Positions 45,939-55,399 of a stretch of 64,000 nucleotides of DNA are shown piece after piece (position 1 is the stretch's first letter; each line of letters opens with the position of its first letter). The DNA lies in NCBI GenBank assembly GCA_035649495.1, contig DASRJL010000092.1, forward strand, positions 3,588-67,587, given 5' to 3'. The position numbers and the translations under genes are program-made. The stretch comes from Burkholderiales bacterium (GTDB taxonomy: Bacteria; Pseudomonadota; Gammaproteobacteria; Burkholderiales; SG8-41). The notes below the pieces were generated by a model, which worked only from the letters and a program-made list of their open reading frames with translations, made no database searches and was not told the DNA's origin.

Positions 45939-46547
45939 ATGAAGATGGTTCGTACTAAAGCACTACTGGCGGTAGCGGTTGTATCGGCGTTGTGCGCTGC
46001 TGCCCCGGCTGGCGCAATTCCGGTCACCGATACGGTCAATCCGACGGACACGCTCATCACGTTTGGCAGCACGCCGACATGTCCCGCGTTGTTCTCCTGC
46101 ACCACCAGCGCTCTCACTTTCGTACACGACATCACGGACAATGGCTTCTCTGTGGGGGACACCATCACTGGCGCGACGATAGATATCCACCTGACAGAAC
46201 AGGTGGTGACGGGGGTGAACCACGAGACGTTTCGCTATGACATCGGAACCCAGACATTCAGTTGTATTTCCGGCAACTGCGTCCCGAACCCGGGTGTTAC
46301 GAACAATATCGCTCTGGTTGCCTCGCTTGCCGATCTTGAGGCCGACGGGACGATCAGCATCACGGTTCGTTCATTGAGTGGGAATTTTCTGTTCGCGGAC
46401 TCCGTCTTGACGGCAGAAGTCACCCCACAAGTTACGTCTCAAATTACGTCTCGAATTGATGCCGCCGCTGTCCCGGTCCCATCGACCGCACTTCTCTTTG
46501 GGGCCGGCTTGGCAGCGTTTGGGTGGCGTTTCCGTCGGCCCAGCTAA
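45939..46547 (+). CDS. PEP-CTERM sorting-domain protein
   Basis: GGAGG lies 8 nt before ATG 45939. Signal peptide MKMVRTKALLAVAVVSALCAAAPAGA. C-terminus VPVPSTALLFGAGLAAFGWRFRRPS. Confidence 0.85.
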   Translation: MKMVRTKALLAVAVVSALCAAAPAGAIPVTDTVNPTDTLITFGSTPTCPALFSCTTSALTFVHDITDNGFSVGDTITGATIDIHLTEQVVTGVNHETFRYDIGTQTFSCISGNCVPNPGVTNNIALVASLADLEADGTISITVRSLSGNFLFADSVLTAEVTPQVTSQITSRIDAAAVPVPSTALLFGAGLAAFGWRFRRPS

Positions 46548-46611
46548 CCGCGCCACTCAGAGGCCACTAGAACCGAATAGCTAAACAACCCTTACGACTC
46601 CCCCCGGAGTG

Positions 46612-46646
46612 CGGACCGGGCCCTCATGGCCGGTCCGTATTTTTTT
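46612..46646 (+). terminator. Rho-independent terminator after the second PEP-CTERM gene
   Basis: CGGACCGG...CCGGTCCG 8-bp stem followed by TATTTTTTT. Confidence 0.65.
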
Positions 46647-46681
46647 GGCCGTTGCCGCGCCCAGAGGCGACGCGTCCTGGC

Positions 46682-46858
46682 TCATGCGCAAGCCTCGGAA
46701 AAGGCCGCATCGCTGCCGATCATCTCGCCGCACATTACCTTCACGTGCTTCCAGTCGGCTGTCGAACATTCGACAAAGTGTCGAGCGCAAGAGCGGTAGA
46801 CGTCACCCCAAGTGAGAACCAGTTGGCATTCCGCTGGCGGTGCAGCGAACCTGTTCAT
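46682..46858 (-). CDS. Small (58 aa) cysteine-rich hypothetical protein; below the ORF-track cutoff
   Basis: ATG 46858 preceded by GGAG at 6-nt spacing. Translation is MNRFAAPPAECQLVLTWGDVYRSCARHFVECSTADWKHVKVMCGEMIGSDAAFSEACA (5 Cys). No family recognised. Confidence 0.35.
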   Translation of the reverse strand: MNRFAAPPAECQLVLTWGDVYRSCARHFVECSTADWKHVKVMCGEMIGSDAAFSEACA

Positions 46859-46947
46859 ACCGATCTCCGTGGATCCGCGATGGCTCTTGGCGGAGGACGC
46901 TGCAGAACTTCCCCTTCCGCGGGCGTGTCAGTCACGCAAATCCGACA

Positions 46948-47499
46948 TCAACTCATGCGGCGGCTTTCGAGCGCTGCCTTGCGCCCCCATATCCAAACAT
47001 ACTGCGCTCCCGACGCGAGAACCGTCGCCAACACGAGCAGGAAGACGGTCGAAAGCCAAGTGCCGATATCGACCACTTCTGCTGCGGTTGCCATCACGAG
47101 CAGCAGCGCAGTGAACTCGATGAACGTATTCACTTTAGAGAGCATGGTGGGCGCCATCTCAACATGGCCGAGCGCCAGACGATAGGCGAGGGCGCCACCA
47201 ACGATAACGATATCCCGCGCAACGATCGCGATTGCGAGCCAGATCGGCATGAGCCCCTGCCAGGCGAGGAGGACCGTAGCGACGAACATGTTGAGCTTGT
47301 CCGCGATCGGATCGAGCGTTGCGCCCAGGGTTGAAGTCAGCCTGAAGATACGCGCGATGAAGCCGTCGATCAGATCGGTAACGGCCGCCGCCAGAAAGAC
47401 GATCAGTGCAACGCTATATGCGCCGACGGTGAGAAAATAGGCCATCACCGGGACGAGAATGAGCCGCGCAAGCGTAATAGCATTTGGCACATTGAGCAT
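46948..47499 (-). CDS. pgsA: CDP-alcohol phosphatidyltransferase (PgsA-like phosphatidylglycerophosphate synthase)
   Basis: I chose ATG 47499 (MLNVPNAITLARL...). Signature DLIDGFIARIFRLTSTLGATLDPIADK matches D-x2-DG-x2-AR-x8-G-x3-D-x3-D. The size (183 aa) fits PgsA. Confidence 0.8.
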   Translation of the reverse strand: MLNVPNAITLARLILVPVMAYFLTVGAYSVALIVFLAAAVTDLIDGFIARIFRLTSTLGATLDPIADKLNMFVATVLLAWQGLMPIWLAIAIVARDIVIVGGALAYRLALGHVEMAPTMLSKVNTFIEFTALLLVMATAAEVVDIGTWLSTVFLLVLATVLASGAQYVWIWGRKAALESRRMS

Positions 47500-47905
47500 G
47501 ACGTAATGAATGTAGCATAAGGCTTCCCCGAAAAGTCCGGACTGGTCGAACGCCATAGACTTTGCCGGTATGCGCGTAGCAGCTGCAGGCTTCGCTAAAC
47601 TGAATTTATGCAGTATCCGCTCAGGCGCCCATTCGATCGTCACCCCTCGCCTGCGAGGAGCCGCTTCACGATGTTGACGAACTAGCGGGAGGTGCTCGAG
47701 CGGTCGTGCGTACGCAATGCCGTAGCGCCCTTCGACAGCGGGCGCGTGACTCGGACCCACGCCAGGTTGTCGTCAACCAGAGCACTGGATAGGTGGGCGC
47801 TGCACCGGTCCACTACCAAAACACTTATTCGGGAATTGCTGCATAATATTCTTGGTCAAAAGCAGTGAATCACGGCAAGAGAATCGATATCCTGGGAGTT
47901 GAGCG

Positions 47906-50206
47906 ATGAACGACGTTGCCACGGAAGGCTTGACTCAGCGCGAGTTCAAGGTGGTGGGTACCCGGCCGCTGCGTCCCGACGGTGCGGACAAAGTCACTGG
48001 CCGTGCCAGGTTCGGCGCCGATCTCTACATGGCGAACATGCTGGTGGGCAAGGTGCTGCGCAGCCCCCACGCGCACGCGCGCATCAAATCGATCGACACC
48101 TCGAAAGCCCTGGCCTTACAGGGCGTAAAGGCGGTTATCACTGCCGGCGATCTAAGCGATCTGCCCTCGGAGTTCATTCCGGCAGGCGAGATGATGGTGA
48201 ACTACCGCGACATGACGCGCAATATCATGGCACGCGAAAAGGCACTCTATGAAGGCCACGCGGTCGCGGCAGTGGCGGCGACCACCGAGGCGGTGGCCGT
48301 ACAGGCGCTCGATCTCATCGACGTCGACTACGAAGTGCTGCCGCATGTGATCGACGTGGCGGAAGCAATGGCTCCCGGCGCACCCGTGCTTCACGACAAC
48401 ATGTATACGATTGGCGTGGATCCCAAGCCGGCGCAACCCTCCAACGTCGCCAAGCGTGTCGAGTTCAATCTCGGAGACATCGCGGCCGGCTTCGCGAAAG
48501 CGGACGTCGTTATCGAGCGGGAGTTCACCACCGCACCCGTGCATCAGGGTTACATTGAGCCGCACGCCTGCCTCGCGAGCGTGTCCGAGGATGGTCAGGC
48601 AGAGCTGTGGTGCACGACGCAAGGGCAGTTCATCGTGCGCAGCTTCTGCGCGAAACTGCTCGGCATGGATCTCGCAAAGCTGCGCGTGACCCCCTCCGAG
48701 ATCGGCGGCGGCTTCGGAGGCAAGACCGTTGTCTACCTCGAGCCGCTCGCGCTCGTGCTATCGCGCAAGTCGGGGCAGCCGGTGAAGATGGTCATGTCGC
48801 GCACCGAAGTGTTCCAGTCGACCGGCCCGACCTCCGGCTCGAAGGTCTGGGTCAAGATCGGCGCCACCCGCGAGGGCAGGATCACCGCGGCCGATGCCCT
48901 ACTCAAGTACCAGGCGGGCGCGTTCCAGGGCTCCCCCGTAGGGCCCGGATGCATGTGCGCATTTGCTCCGTACGAACTGGAAAACGTGCACGTGCTCGGT
49001 TTCGACGTGGTGTCGAACCGGCCCAAGGTCGCCGCGTATCGGGCCCCAGGCGCCCCCATCTCCGAATACGCGGTCGAGTCGGTGATCGACGAGCTCGCGA
49101 AGCGACTTGAAATCGATCCGATCGAGTTCCGCCTGAAGAACGCGGCAAAGGAAGGCACCAAAACGGCGTATGGACCGAAATTCGGTCAGATAGGCCTGGT
49201 GCAGACGCTGGAGGCAGCCCGTGCCCATCCCCATTACCGCGCTCCGCTCAAGGCCAACCAGGGCCGCGGCGTCGCGTCGGGATTCTGGTTCAACATCGGC
49301 GGAGAGACCTGTGCGACGCTCAACCTGAGCGAGGACGGCGGCGTGACGCTGGTCGCTGGCACCCCGGATATCGGCGGGTCGCGTGCCTCGCTCGCCATGA
49401 TGGCGGCAGAAGAGCTCGGTATCGCGCTCGACAAGGTGCGTCCGCTGATCGGGGACACGAGCAGCCTGGGCTTCAACTTTCTCACCGGTGGCAGTCGCGT
49501 CACGTTTTCCAGCGGATTGGCGGTCATCGAGGCGGCCCGCGACATGGTGCGCCAGTTGCGCGAACGGGCGGCGATGATCTGGGAGATCGCGCCTGACCAG
49601 GTGATCTGGGAGGACGGCCGCGCGAGCACGATCAGCGGGGACGGACGCAGGGAGCTATCGTTTGCCGAGATCGCGAAGACCGCAGGCAAGACCGGCGGCC
49701 CGATCGTAGGCAACGCCGCCATCAACGCGCAGGGTGCGGGTCCCAGCTTCGCCACACACCTCGTCGATGTCGAGGTTGATCGCGAAACCGGCAGGGCCAG
49801 CATTGTGCGCTACACCGCCATCCAGGATGCCGGAAAGGCAGTGCATCCGGCCTATGTCGAAGGGCAGATGCAAGGCGGCGCCGTACAGGGCATCGGCTGG
49901 GCGCTCAACGAGGAGTACATCTATGACGCCGACGGACGGATCGAGAACCCGGGTTTTCTCGACTACCGGATCCCGGTGTGCTCCGACGTACCCATGATCG
50001 ACACCGTCATCGTCGAAGCCCCTAATCCCCGCCACCCCTATGGCGTGCGCGGCGTGGGCGAGACTCCGATCGTGCCTCCGATGGCCGCCATCGCGAACGC
50101 GATGGAGAATGCGCTGGGTATCCGCTTCACGCAACTGCCGATGTCGCCGCCACGCGTACTCCAGGCGATCGAGGGTACAGGCACGGCCGCGAAAGCCGGG
50201 GGCTGA
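47906..50206 (+). CDS. Xanthine dehydrogenase/aldehyde oxidase-family molybdopterin-binding large subunit
   Basis: 766 aa. The N-terminal a/b-hammerhead block is KVVGTRPLRPDGADKVTGRARFGADL. Other blocks: GGGFGGK, and C-terminal GVGETPIVPPMAAIANA. No 2Fe-2S or FAD subunit genes adjacent. Confidence 0.85.
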   Translation: MNDVATEGLTQREFKVVGTRPLRPDGADKVTGRARFGADLYMANMLVGKVLRSPHAHARIKSIDTSKALALQGVKAVITAGDLSDLPSEFIPAGEMMVNYRDMTRNIMAREKALYEGHAVAAVAATTEAVAVQALDLIDVDYEVLPHVIDVAEAMAPGAPVLHDNMYTIGVDPKPAQPSNVAKRVEFNLGDIAAGFAKADVVIEREFTTAPVHQGYIEPHACLASVSEDGQAELWCTTQGQFIVRSFCAKLLGMDLAKLRVTPSEIGGGFGGKTVVYLEPLALVLSRKSGQPVKMVMSRTEVFQSTGPTSGSKVWVKIGATREGRITAADALLKYQAGAFQGSPVGPGCMCAFAPYELENVHVLGFDVVSNRPKVAAYRAPGAPISEYAVESVIDELAKRLEIDPIEFRLKNAAKEGTKTAYGPKFGQIGLVQTLEAARAHPHYRAPLKANQGRGVASGFWFNIGGETCATLNLSEDGGVTLVAGTPDIGGSRASLAMMAAEELGIALDKVRPLIGDTSSLGFNFLTGGSRVTFSSGLAVIEAARDMVRQLRERAAMIWEIAPDQVIWEDGRASTISGDGRRELSFAEIAKTAGKTGGPIVGNAAINAQGAGPSFATHLVDVEVDRETGRASIVRYTAIQDAGKAVHPAYVEGQMQGGAVQGIGWALNEEYIYDADGRIENPGFLDYRIPVCSDVPMIDTVIVEAPNPRHPYGVRGVGETPIVPPMAAIANAMENALGIRFTQLPMSPPRVLQAIEGTGTAAKAGG

Positions 50207-50209
50207 CGC

Positions 50210-50455
50210 TTGGCGCGCGTCGTCCTCAGCGGCACCCTCAAGCAACTAGCCGGCGGAGCGTCGGAGATCGAACTCGATGCGCGCGACGTGCGCCAGCTGT
50301 TACGCGTACTGAGCGAGCGTTACCCGGAACTCGCTCCTCACCTCGAGAGCGGCTACGCCATCGCCATCGATGGTGAGATCTTCCAGGACGCATGGTTCGC
50401 CCCGATCCGTCCAGACAGCGAGGTTCATCTGGTGCCAGCGATTCGCGGGGGGTGA
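50210..50455 (+). CDS. MoaD/ThiS-family ubiquitin-like small protein (C-terminal Gly-Gly)
   Basis: 81 aa ending ...VHLVPAIRGG. TTG start lies 3 nt after the XDH-family stop. Confidence 0.65.
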   Translation: MARVVLSGTLKQLAGGASEIELDARDVRQLLRVLSERYPELAPHLESGYAIAIDGEIFQDAWFAPIRPDSEVHLVPAIRGG

Positions 50456-50528
50456 CCGCCTCCTTGGCCCCGCTTGCTGAGCCAGCCTGAGTGCCGATGG
50501 TCGTGATCCTTGACAAGGACGGATCAAA

Positions 50529-50546
50529 ATATGATACTTATCATAT
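50529..50546. promoter_or_regulatory. Palindromic operator ATATGAT-N4-ATCATAT overlapping the tetR start codon
   Basis: The sequence atatgatacttatcatat ends in the ATG at 50545. A near-identical site lies at 51153-51170. Confidence 0.6.
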
Positions 50547-51135
50547 GCCCGAAGTCAAGACGATCTCCAAGAAGGAGCAGACGCGGGAGCGAATCCTGCG
50601 TGCCGCCGCGCGCGCCATACGCAAGCACGGCTACGAGGGTGTCGCTGTTGCCGATGTGATGAAACAGGCGGGGCTCACGCATGGCGGGTTCTACGCTCAC
50701 TTCGAGTCGCGTGAGGCGCTCCTTGCCGCGGCGGCCGAACAGACCGCTCTCGAGTCCGCGCAGGCACTGGCAGGCGCGTTGGCGAAAGCTTCTGCGGGTG
50801 AGGAATTCATGGCGCTCGTGGACACCTACCTCGCCGACAATCACGTTACTGCAGCGGAGCAGGGCCTGGGCTGTGCCATAGCGGCGGCGGGCAGCGAGGT
50901 GCCGCGCCAGGGTCCGGGCGTGCGCCGGGCTGTAACCCGGCGCATCAAGGATCTCATAGGGCTGGTAGAGCGCCAGTTGCCCGACTGGGGCAAGGAAGCG
51001 GCGCACGAGAAGGCGATGGGCACGGTGGCGACGCTGGTCGGGGCGCTCATGCTGGCGCGCGCGTCCGATGATGCAGAGCTTTCCAAGTCGATTCGCAAGG
51101 CGGCGCGTGAGCTTGTCCGCGGGAACCGTGGGTGA
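50545..51135 (+). CDS. TetR-family transcriptional regulator
   Basis: HTH block TRERILRAAARAIRKHGYEGVAVADVMKQAGLTHGGFYAHFESREAL. Confidence 0.9.
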   Translation: MPEVKTISKKEQTRERILRAAARAIRKHGYEGVAVADVMKQAGLTHGGFYAHFESREALLAAAAEQTALESAQALAGALAKASAGEEFMALVDTYLADNHVTAAEQGLGCAIAAAGSEVPRQGPGVRRAVTRRIKDLIGLVERQLPDWGKEAAHEKAMGTVATLVGALMLARASDDAELSKSIRKAARELVRGNRG

Positions 51136-51152
51136 GTTTTTTTTGGCCAATA

Positions 51153-51170
51153 ATATGATATACATCATAT
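51153..51170. promoter_or_regulatory. Second copy of the ATATGAT-N4-ATCATAT operator, overlapping the MFS transporter start codon
   Basis: The sequence atatgatatacatcatat ends in the ATG at 51169. Confidence 0.6.
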
Positions 51171-52368
51171 GAATCGAAAACAGCTGGGCATCATCGCTGT
51201 AGCTGCCCTGGTATTCGCGCTGATCTTCGGCGTACGCCAGTCGGTAGCGCTCTTCATCGGACCTATCAACACCGCGACCGGGCTTGGCATCGCCGCGATC
51301 AGTCTCGCGTTCGCCTGCGCCCAGCTCATGTGGGGGATCACGCAGCCGATCGCCGGCGCATTCGCGGACAAATACGGTACTGGGCGCGTGATTGCCACCG
51401 GCGCCGTCCTCGTCATGCTGGGAACGGTGCTCACGCCCCACGCGAGTACGACGTGGATGCTGGTCATCCTGATAGGCGTCGTCGCGGCCGGCGGTGCCGG
51501 CATGACGGGTCTCGGGGTGCTGATGTCGACGGTTTCTCGTGTCGTGCCCGCCGAAAAACGCGGGCTCGCAACCGGGATGGTCAACGCCGGCGGGTCGTTC
51601 GGTCAGTTCGTGCTCGCACCGCTGGCCGTACTGCTCACCGGGATACTGGGCTGGGTCGGCGCGCTGACAGCGCTCGGTCTGCTGTCGCTCGCCATCGTGC
51701 CCCTTGCCTGGGTATTGCGAGGTCTGCATCCCTCCGCACCGCAGGGCGCGCCTCTGGAGAAGTCGATGCGTCACGCAGTGCGCGACGCGTGGCACGATCC
51801 GAGCTTCCTGCTGCTCACCGCCGGTTTCTTCGTCTGCGGCTTCCACGTCGCGTTCATCGCGACGCATCTTCCCGGTGTGGTCGCCCTCTGCGGACTGCCG
51901 CCGGAGGTCGGAGCCTGGGCGCTGTCGCTCATTGGTCTTTTCAACATCGCGGGCAGCTTCGCCTCCGGCTGGGCGATCGGCCGCTGGCGCATGAAGCGTG
52001 TCCTCTCGCTCCTCTACGCTGCGCGCGCGCTCGCGGTGCTGGTTTTCGTATTCGCTCCGAAGACGGCGACGACTTTCATGATTTTCGCCGTGGTGCTCGG
52101 CTTCACCTATCTCTCCACCGTGCCGCCGACCGTCGGCCTCGTCGGCAAGCTGCTCGGTGTGCGCTATGTGGCAACGCTCTTCGGCATAGTCATGTTCTCG
52201 CACCAGATTGGTGGCTTCCTGGGTGCCTGGCTCGGCGGCCAGCTTTTCGAGCGCACCGGCAGTTACGACTGGGTCTGGTACATCGACATCATGCTCGCGG
52301 TCGGTGCCGCGCTCATTCACATGCCGATCAAGGAAGCGCCGCGGCTCAAGCCCGCGCTGGCGGCCTAG
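51169..52368 (+). CDS. MFS transporter
   Basis: 399 aa, about 12 hydrophobic helices, with the loop motif FADKYGTGRV. Confidence 0.85.
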   Translation: MNRKQLGIIAVAALVFALIFGVRQSVALFIGPINTATGLGIAAISLAFACAQLMWGITQPIAGAFADKYGTGRVIATGAVLVMLGTVLTPHASTTWMLVILIGVVAAGGAGMTGLGVLMSTVSRVVPAEKRGLATGMVNAGGSFGQFVLAPLAVLLTGILGWVGALTALGLLSLAIVPLAWVLRGLHPSAPQGAPLEKSMRHAVRDAWHDPSFLLLTAGFFVCGFHVAFIATHLPGVVALCGLPPEVGAWALSLIGLFNIAGSFASGWAIGRWRMKRVLSLLYAARALAVLVFVFAPKTATTFMIFAVVLGFTYLSTVPPTVGLVGKLLGVRYVATLFGIVMFSHQIGGFLGAWLGGQLFERTGSYDWVWYIDIMLAVGAALIHMPIKEAPRLKPALAA

Positions 52369-53763
52369 ATGGATCCGCGCACCCGCATGCTCCTCGAGGC
52401 GCCGATCGCGCCGACGCTCCTGCGCCTGGCCGCGCCGAACGTGCTGACGCTCATGGCGCAGACGGCGGCGGGGCTCATCGAGACCTATTTCATCGGAAAG
52501 CTGGGCACCGACGCGCTCGCTGGCGTGGCGCTCGTCTTCCCCGTGGTGATGTTGATGCAGATGATGTCTGGTGGCGCTATGGGGGGTGGTATCGCCTCTT
52601 CGATCGCGCGGGCATTGGGCGGGGGGCGCCGCGCTGATGCCGATGCGCTCGCCGTGCATGCGCTCGTGATCGCACTCGTCTTCGGTCTTGCGTTTACGCT
52701 CGGCCTGCTGGGTGGGGGGCGCTGGCTTTACTCGGCAATGGGCGGCAGCGGCCCTGCGCTGAGCGCAGCCCTCGTTTACTCAGGCTGGATATTCGCGGGC
52801 GCAGTGCTCGTGTGGCTCTTCAACTCCTTCGCCGCCGTGATCCGCGGGAGCGGCAATATGGTGCTGCCCGCCCTCGTTACGTGCCTCGGTGTCGTTTTCC
52901 TGGTACCGCTGTCGGCCGCGCTCATCTTCGGCTGGGGACCGTTCCCGGCGCTGGGCATCGCGGGCGGTGCGCTGGCGTTCCTCTGCTACTACGGCGTCGG
53001 AGTTGCCGCGTTGGCGGCGTACCTGTGGTCCGGGAAAGGGGTTGTGCGGCCATCGCTCGGGGGTGCGGGCTTTCGCTGGCCGCTCTTCCACGAAATCCTG
53101 CGCGTCGGGCTGGTCGCCGCGCTCGTGACGGTTGCAACCAACGTTACGATCATCATCGGCACCGCGCTTGTGGGCGAGTTCGGCCCTGCTGCCATCGCCG
53201 GCTACGGCACCGCCGTGCGGCTCGAATATCTGCTGGTGCCGCTCGTCTTCGGGTTGGGCTCCCCGCTCGTCACCATGGTCGGCACGGCGATCGGCGCGGG
53301 CAGGCGAGAGCGCGCCTTACGTACCGCCTGGATTGGCGCCGGCATTGCCGTCGTTCTCACCGAAGCCATCGGCATTTGCGCCGCTGCCTTCCCGAACGCA
53401 TGGCTCACCCTCTTCGACACGAATCCGGCCATGCTGGAGGCCGGCGCTCGCTACCTGAGGATCGTCGGCCCGTTCTACGGGATGTTCGGACTGGCGCTCT
53501 CGCTTTACTTCGCTTCGCAGGGCGCGGGGCGGCTGTTCTGGCCGGTCATCGGCAACCTGACGCGTCTCGGCATCGCCGCACTCTGCGGCTGGCTGGCGCT
53601 CCGTTGGAGCGGTGATCTCTCGTATGTGTTTCTCGCGCAGAGCCTCGCGCTCGTGGCGTTCGGCCTGATCAACGCCGGGGCGACCGCTTCTGGCGCGTGG
53701 TTCGGGCCGGTCACATGGCCGTGGGGCCCTGCAGGGGCGACCCAGGGGAGATCGGCACGGTGA
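52369..53763 (+). CDS. MATE-family efflux transporter
   Basis: 464 aa. The N-terminus APIAPTLLRLAAPNVLTLMAQTAAGLIETYFIGKLGTDALAG is typical of MATE/NorM. The start abuts the MFS stop (TAGATG). Confidence 0.85.
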   Translation: MDPRTRMLLEAPIAPTLLRLAAPNVLTLMAQTAAGLIETYFIGKLGTDALAGVALVFPVVMLMQMMSGGAMGGGIASSIARALGGGRRADADALAVHALVIALVFGLAFTLGLLGGGRWLYSAMGGSGPALSAALVYSGWIFAGAVLVWLFNSFAAVIRGSGNMVLPALVTCLGVVFLVPLSAALIFGWGPFPALGIAGGALAFLCYYGVGVAALAAYLWSGKGVVRPSLGGAGFRWPLFHEILRVGLVAALVTVATNVTIIIGTALVGEFGPAAIAGYGTAVRLEYLLVPLVFGLGSPLVTMVGTAIGAGRRERALRTAWIGAGIAVVLTEAIGICAAAFPNAWLTLFDTNPAMLEAGARYLRIVGPFYGMFGLALSLYFASQGAGRLFWPVIGNLTRLGIAALCGWLALRWSGDLSYVFLAQSLALVAFGLINAGATASGAWFGPVTWPWGPAGATQGRSAR

Positions 53764-53921
53764 TCGAAAAGTTGTCTTGTCCGTAGGCGCGGGTTCAGGG
53801 TGGAGCCATTTATATGTCATCGAAACTATCTCCCTCCAACAATGTCCCTACACAACTCCTCGAGGTGAAAGGAGGGGCGCACTACGCCTACGGGGACCTC
53901 CCGCGGCGTTGACAAGCTACT

Positions 53922-54509
53922 GTGGAAGGTCGAGGCTCGCAACTACGGCAAGGTATAGGAACGCAAGTGAGTCACGCCCATACACCCGATCTCGCCGTGC
54001 CGGTCAGCCCCGTAGACCACGTGCTGGGCGCCGCGCGTGCTCCTGTTACGATCGTCGAATACGGGGACTTCGAGTGCCCTAACTGCAAGCAGGCGGCGCC
54101 GGCCCTGAAGCATCTTGTCGCGAGCTTCGAAGGACAGGTGCGGCTCGTTTTCCGGCACTTCCCGCTGGAGGAGGTCCATCCGCACGCTCTGCACGCCGCG
54201 CTGGCGGCGGAAGCGGCCGGCGCCCAGGGGAAGTTCTGGCAAATGCACGATCTGCTGTTCGACAACCAGGCCCATCTCAGGCTCAGCCAGTTGCGCTCGT
54301 ACGCAGCGCAGTTGGAACTCGACATGGAGAAGTACGATTCCGAGATGCACGATGAGCTGTACCTGCAGCGGGTGCGCGAAGAAATCGAGGGCGGCCGGTT
54401 GAGCGGCGTGAGGTCCACCCCCGGGATCTTCATCGAGGGGAGGCGCCACGACGTTTCGTTCGGACTGGGCTCGCTCGCGGACGCGGTTTCCGCCGCGCTC
54501 CGGGGCTGA
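53922..54509 (+). CDS. DsbA-family thioredoxin-fold protein
   Basis: APVTIVEYGDFECPNCKQAAP (CxxC) and GVRSTPGIFIEG (cis-Pro loop). No obvious signal peptide. Start uncertain (alternative GTG at about 53967). Confidence 0.75.
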   Translation: MEGRGSQLRQGIGTQVSHAHTPDLAVPVSPVDHVLGAARAPVTIVEYGDFECPNCKQAAPALKHLVASFEGQVRLVFRHFPLEEVHPHALHAALAAEAAGAQGKFWQMHDLLFDNQAHLRLSQLRSYAAQLELDMEKYDSEMHDELYLQRVREEIEGGRLSGVRSTPGIFIEGRRHDVSFGLGSLADAVSAALRG

Positions 54510-54524
54510 GCGTGAGGGGTGCAG

Positions 54525-54722
54525 ATGGCGGCGACCGAGCCCATCCTGGACGTGCGCGGTACCGTGCTGGGCTCCATCGAGACCGAGGCCAACGGCGGCC
54601 AGGTGCTGCGCGACGCGAATGGTCGGATCAGAGGCTACTACGATCCAGAGACCGATCACACCCGCGGACCGGACCAGCGAATACTCGCCAAGGGCAACGT
54701 GCTGCGCACCCTCATCTGCTGA
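54525..54722 (+). CDS. Small hypothetical protein (65 aa)
   Basis: GAGGGG RBS lies 5 nt before ATG 54525. The ORF follows the DsbA-like gene closely. No family recognised. Confidence 0.3.
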   Translation: MAATEPILDVRGTVLGSIETEANGGQVLRDANGRIRGYYDPETDHTRGPDQRILAKGNVLRTLIC

Positions 54723-54748
54723 AGGGGCAGAGCACTGAACTGGCATCG

Positions 54749-55303
54749 TCACGCGGGCGGTGACGGAGTAAGGTCGACCGTCAAGTTGGTGATGGTCGCC
54801 GAGGCAGGGTCTGGCGCAAGCTTGAACCCCAGCTTGCGCCCCAGTTCCAGCATTCCGCGGTTTTCCGACATCGTCATGCCGAACAATCGCCGCACACCAT
54901 GGTTCTTCGCTGCAGCAAGCAGACTGGCGAGTAGTCTGGTTCCCAGCCCGCGCCGCTGCCAGTCGTCGCTCAGCACGATCGCGAACTCGGCGTCGCCGGG
55001 TGAGGACTCCTCCTTGACGTAGCGAGCCACGCCGATCTGACGCTCTCTTCCCTGGACCAGGGTTGTCGCGATCAGCGCGCCTTCACGCTCGTGGTCGATG
55101 TCGGTGAAGCGCCTGAGCTCCGCGAGCGAGGGACGCCGGGCTGACATCAATCGCTGATATCCGGTGGACGCCGAGAGACCCTCGACGAACTCCTGCTCGA
55201 GAGCCAGGTCGGTCGCAGAAATGGGGCGGATGGTGATGACGGTCCCATCGGCGGCTAACCACGTTTCAACCATCGGCTGGTGGTCTCCTTTATGGGCGGT
55301 CAT
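54749..55303 (-). CDS. GNAT-family N-acetyltransferase (Pat-type GNAT domain-like)
   Basis: IRPISATDLALEQEF...RYVKEESSPGDAEFAIVLSDDWQRRGLGTRLLASLLAAAKNHGVRRLFGMTMSENRGMLELGRKLGF, containing the Q/RxxGxG/A motif. Confidence 0.85.
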   Translation of the reverse strand: MTAHKGDHQPMVETWLAADGTVITIRPISATDLALEQEFVEGLSASTGYQRLMSARRPSLAELRRFTDIDHEREGALIATTLVQGRERQIGVARYVKEESSPGDAEFAIVLSDDWQRRGLGTRLLASLLAAAKNHGVRRLFGMTMSENRGMLELGRKLGFKLAPDPASATITNLTVDLTPSPPA

Positions 55304-55399
55304 TCAGGATCGTCGATACAATCAGCTGGTAGACCACCCCAACGCAATCATGCCGGTTGATGGCTGTCGACCTGGCAATCTTAGACTGTTGGAGGGATC

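Noticed and set aside
50524-52659. 711-aa minus-strand ORF spanning tetR, the MFS gene and part of the MATE gene
   Set aside because: It is antisense to three well-supported genes, and its composition is low-complexity and Arg/Glu/His-rich with no recognisable domains.
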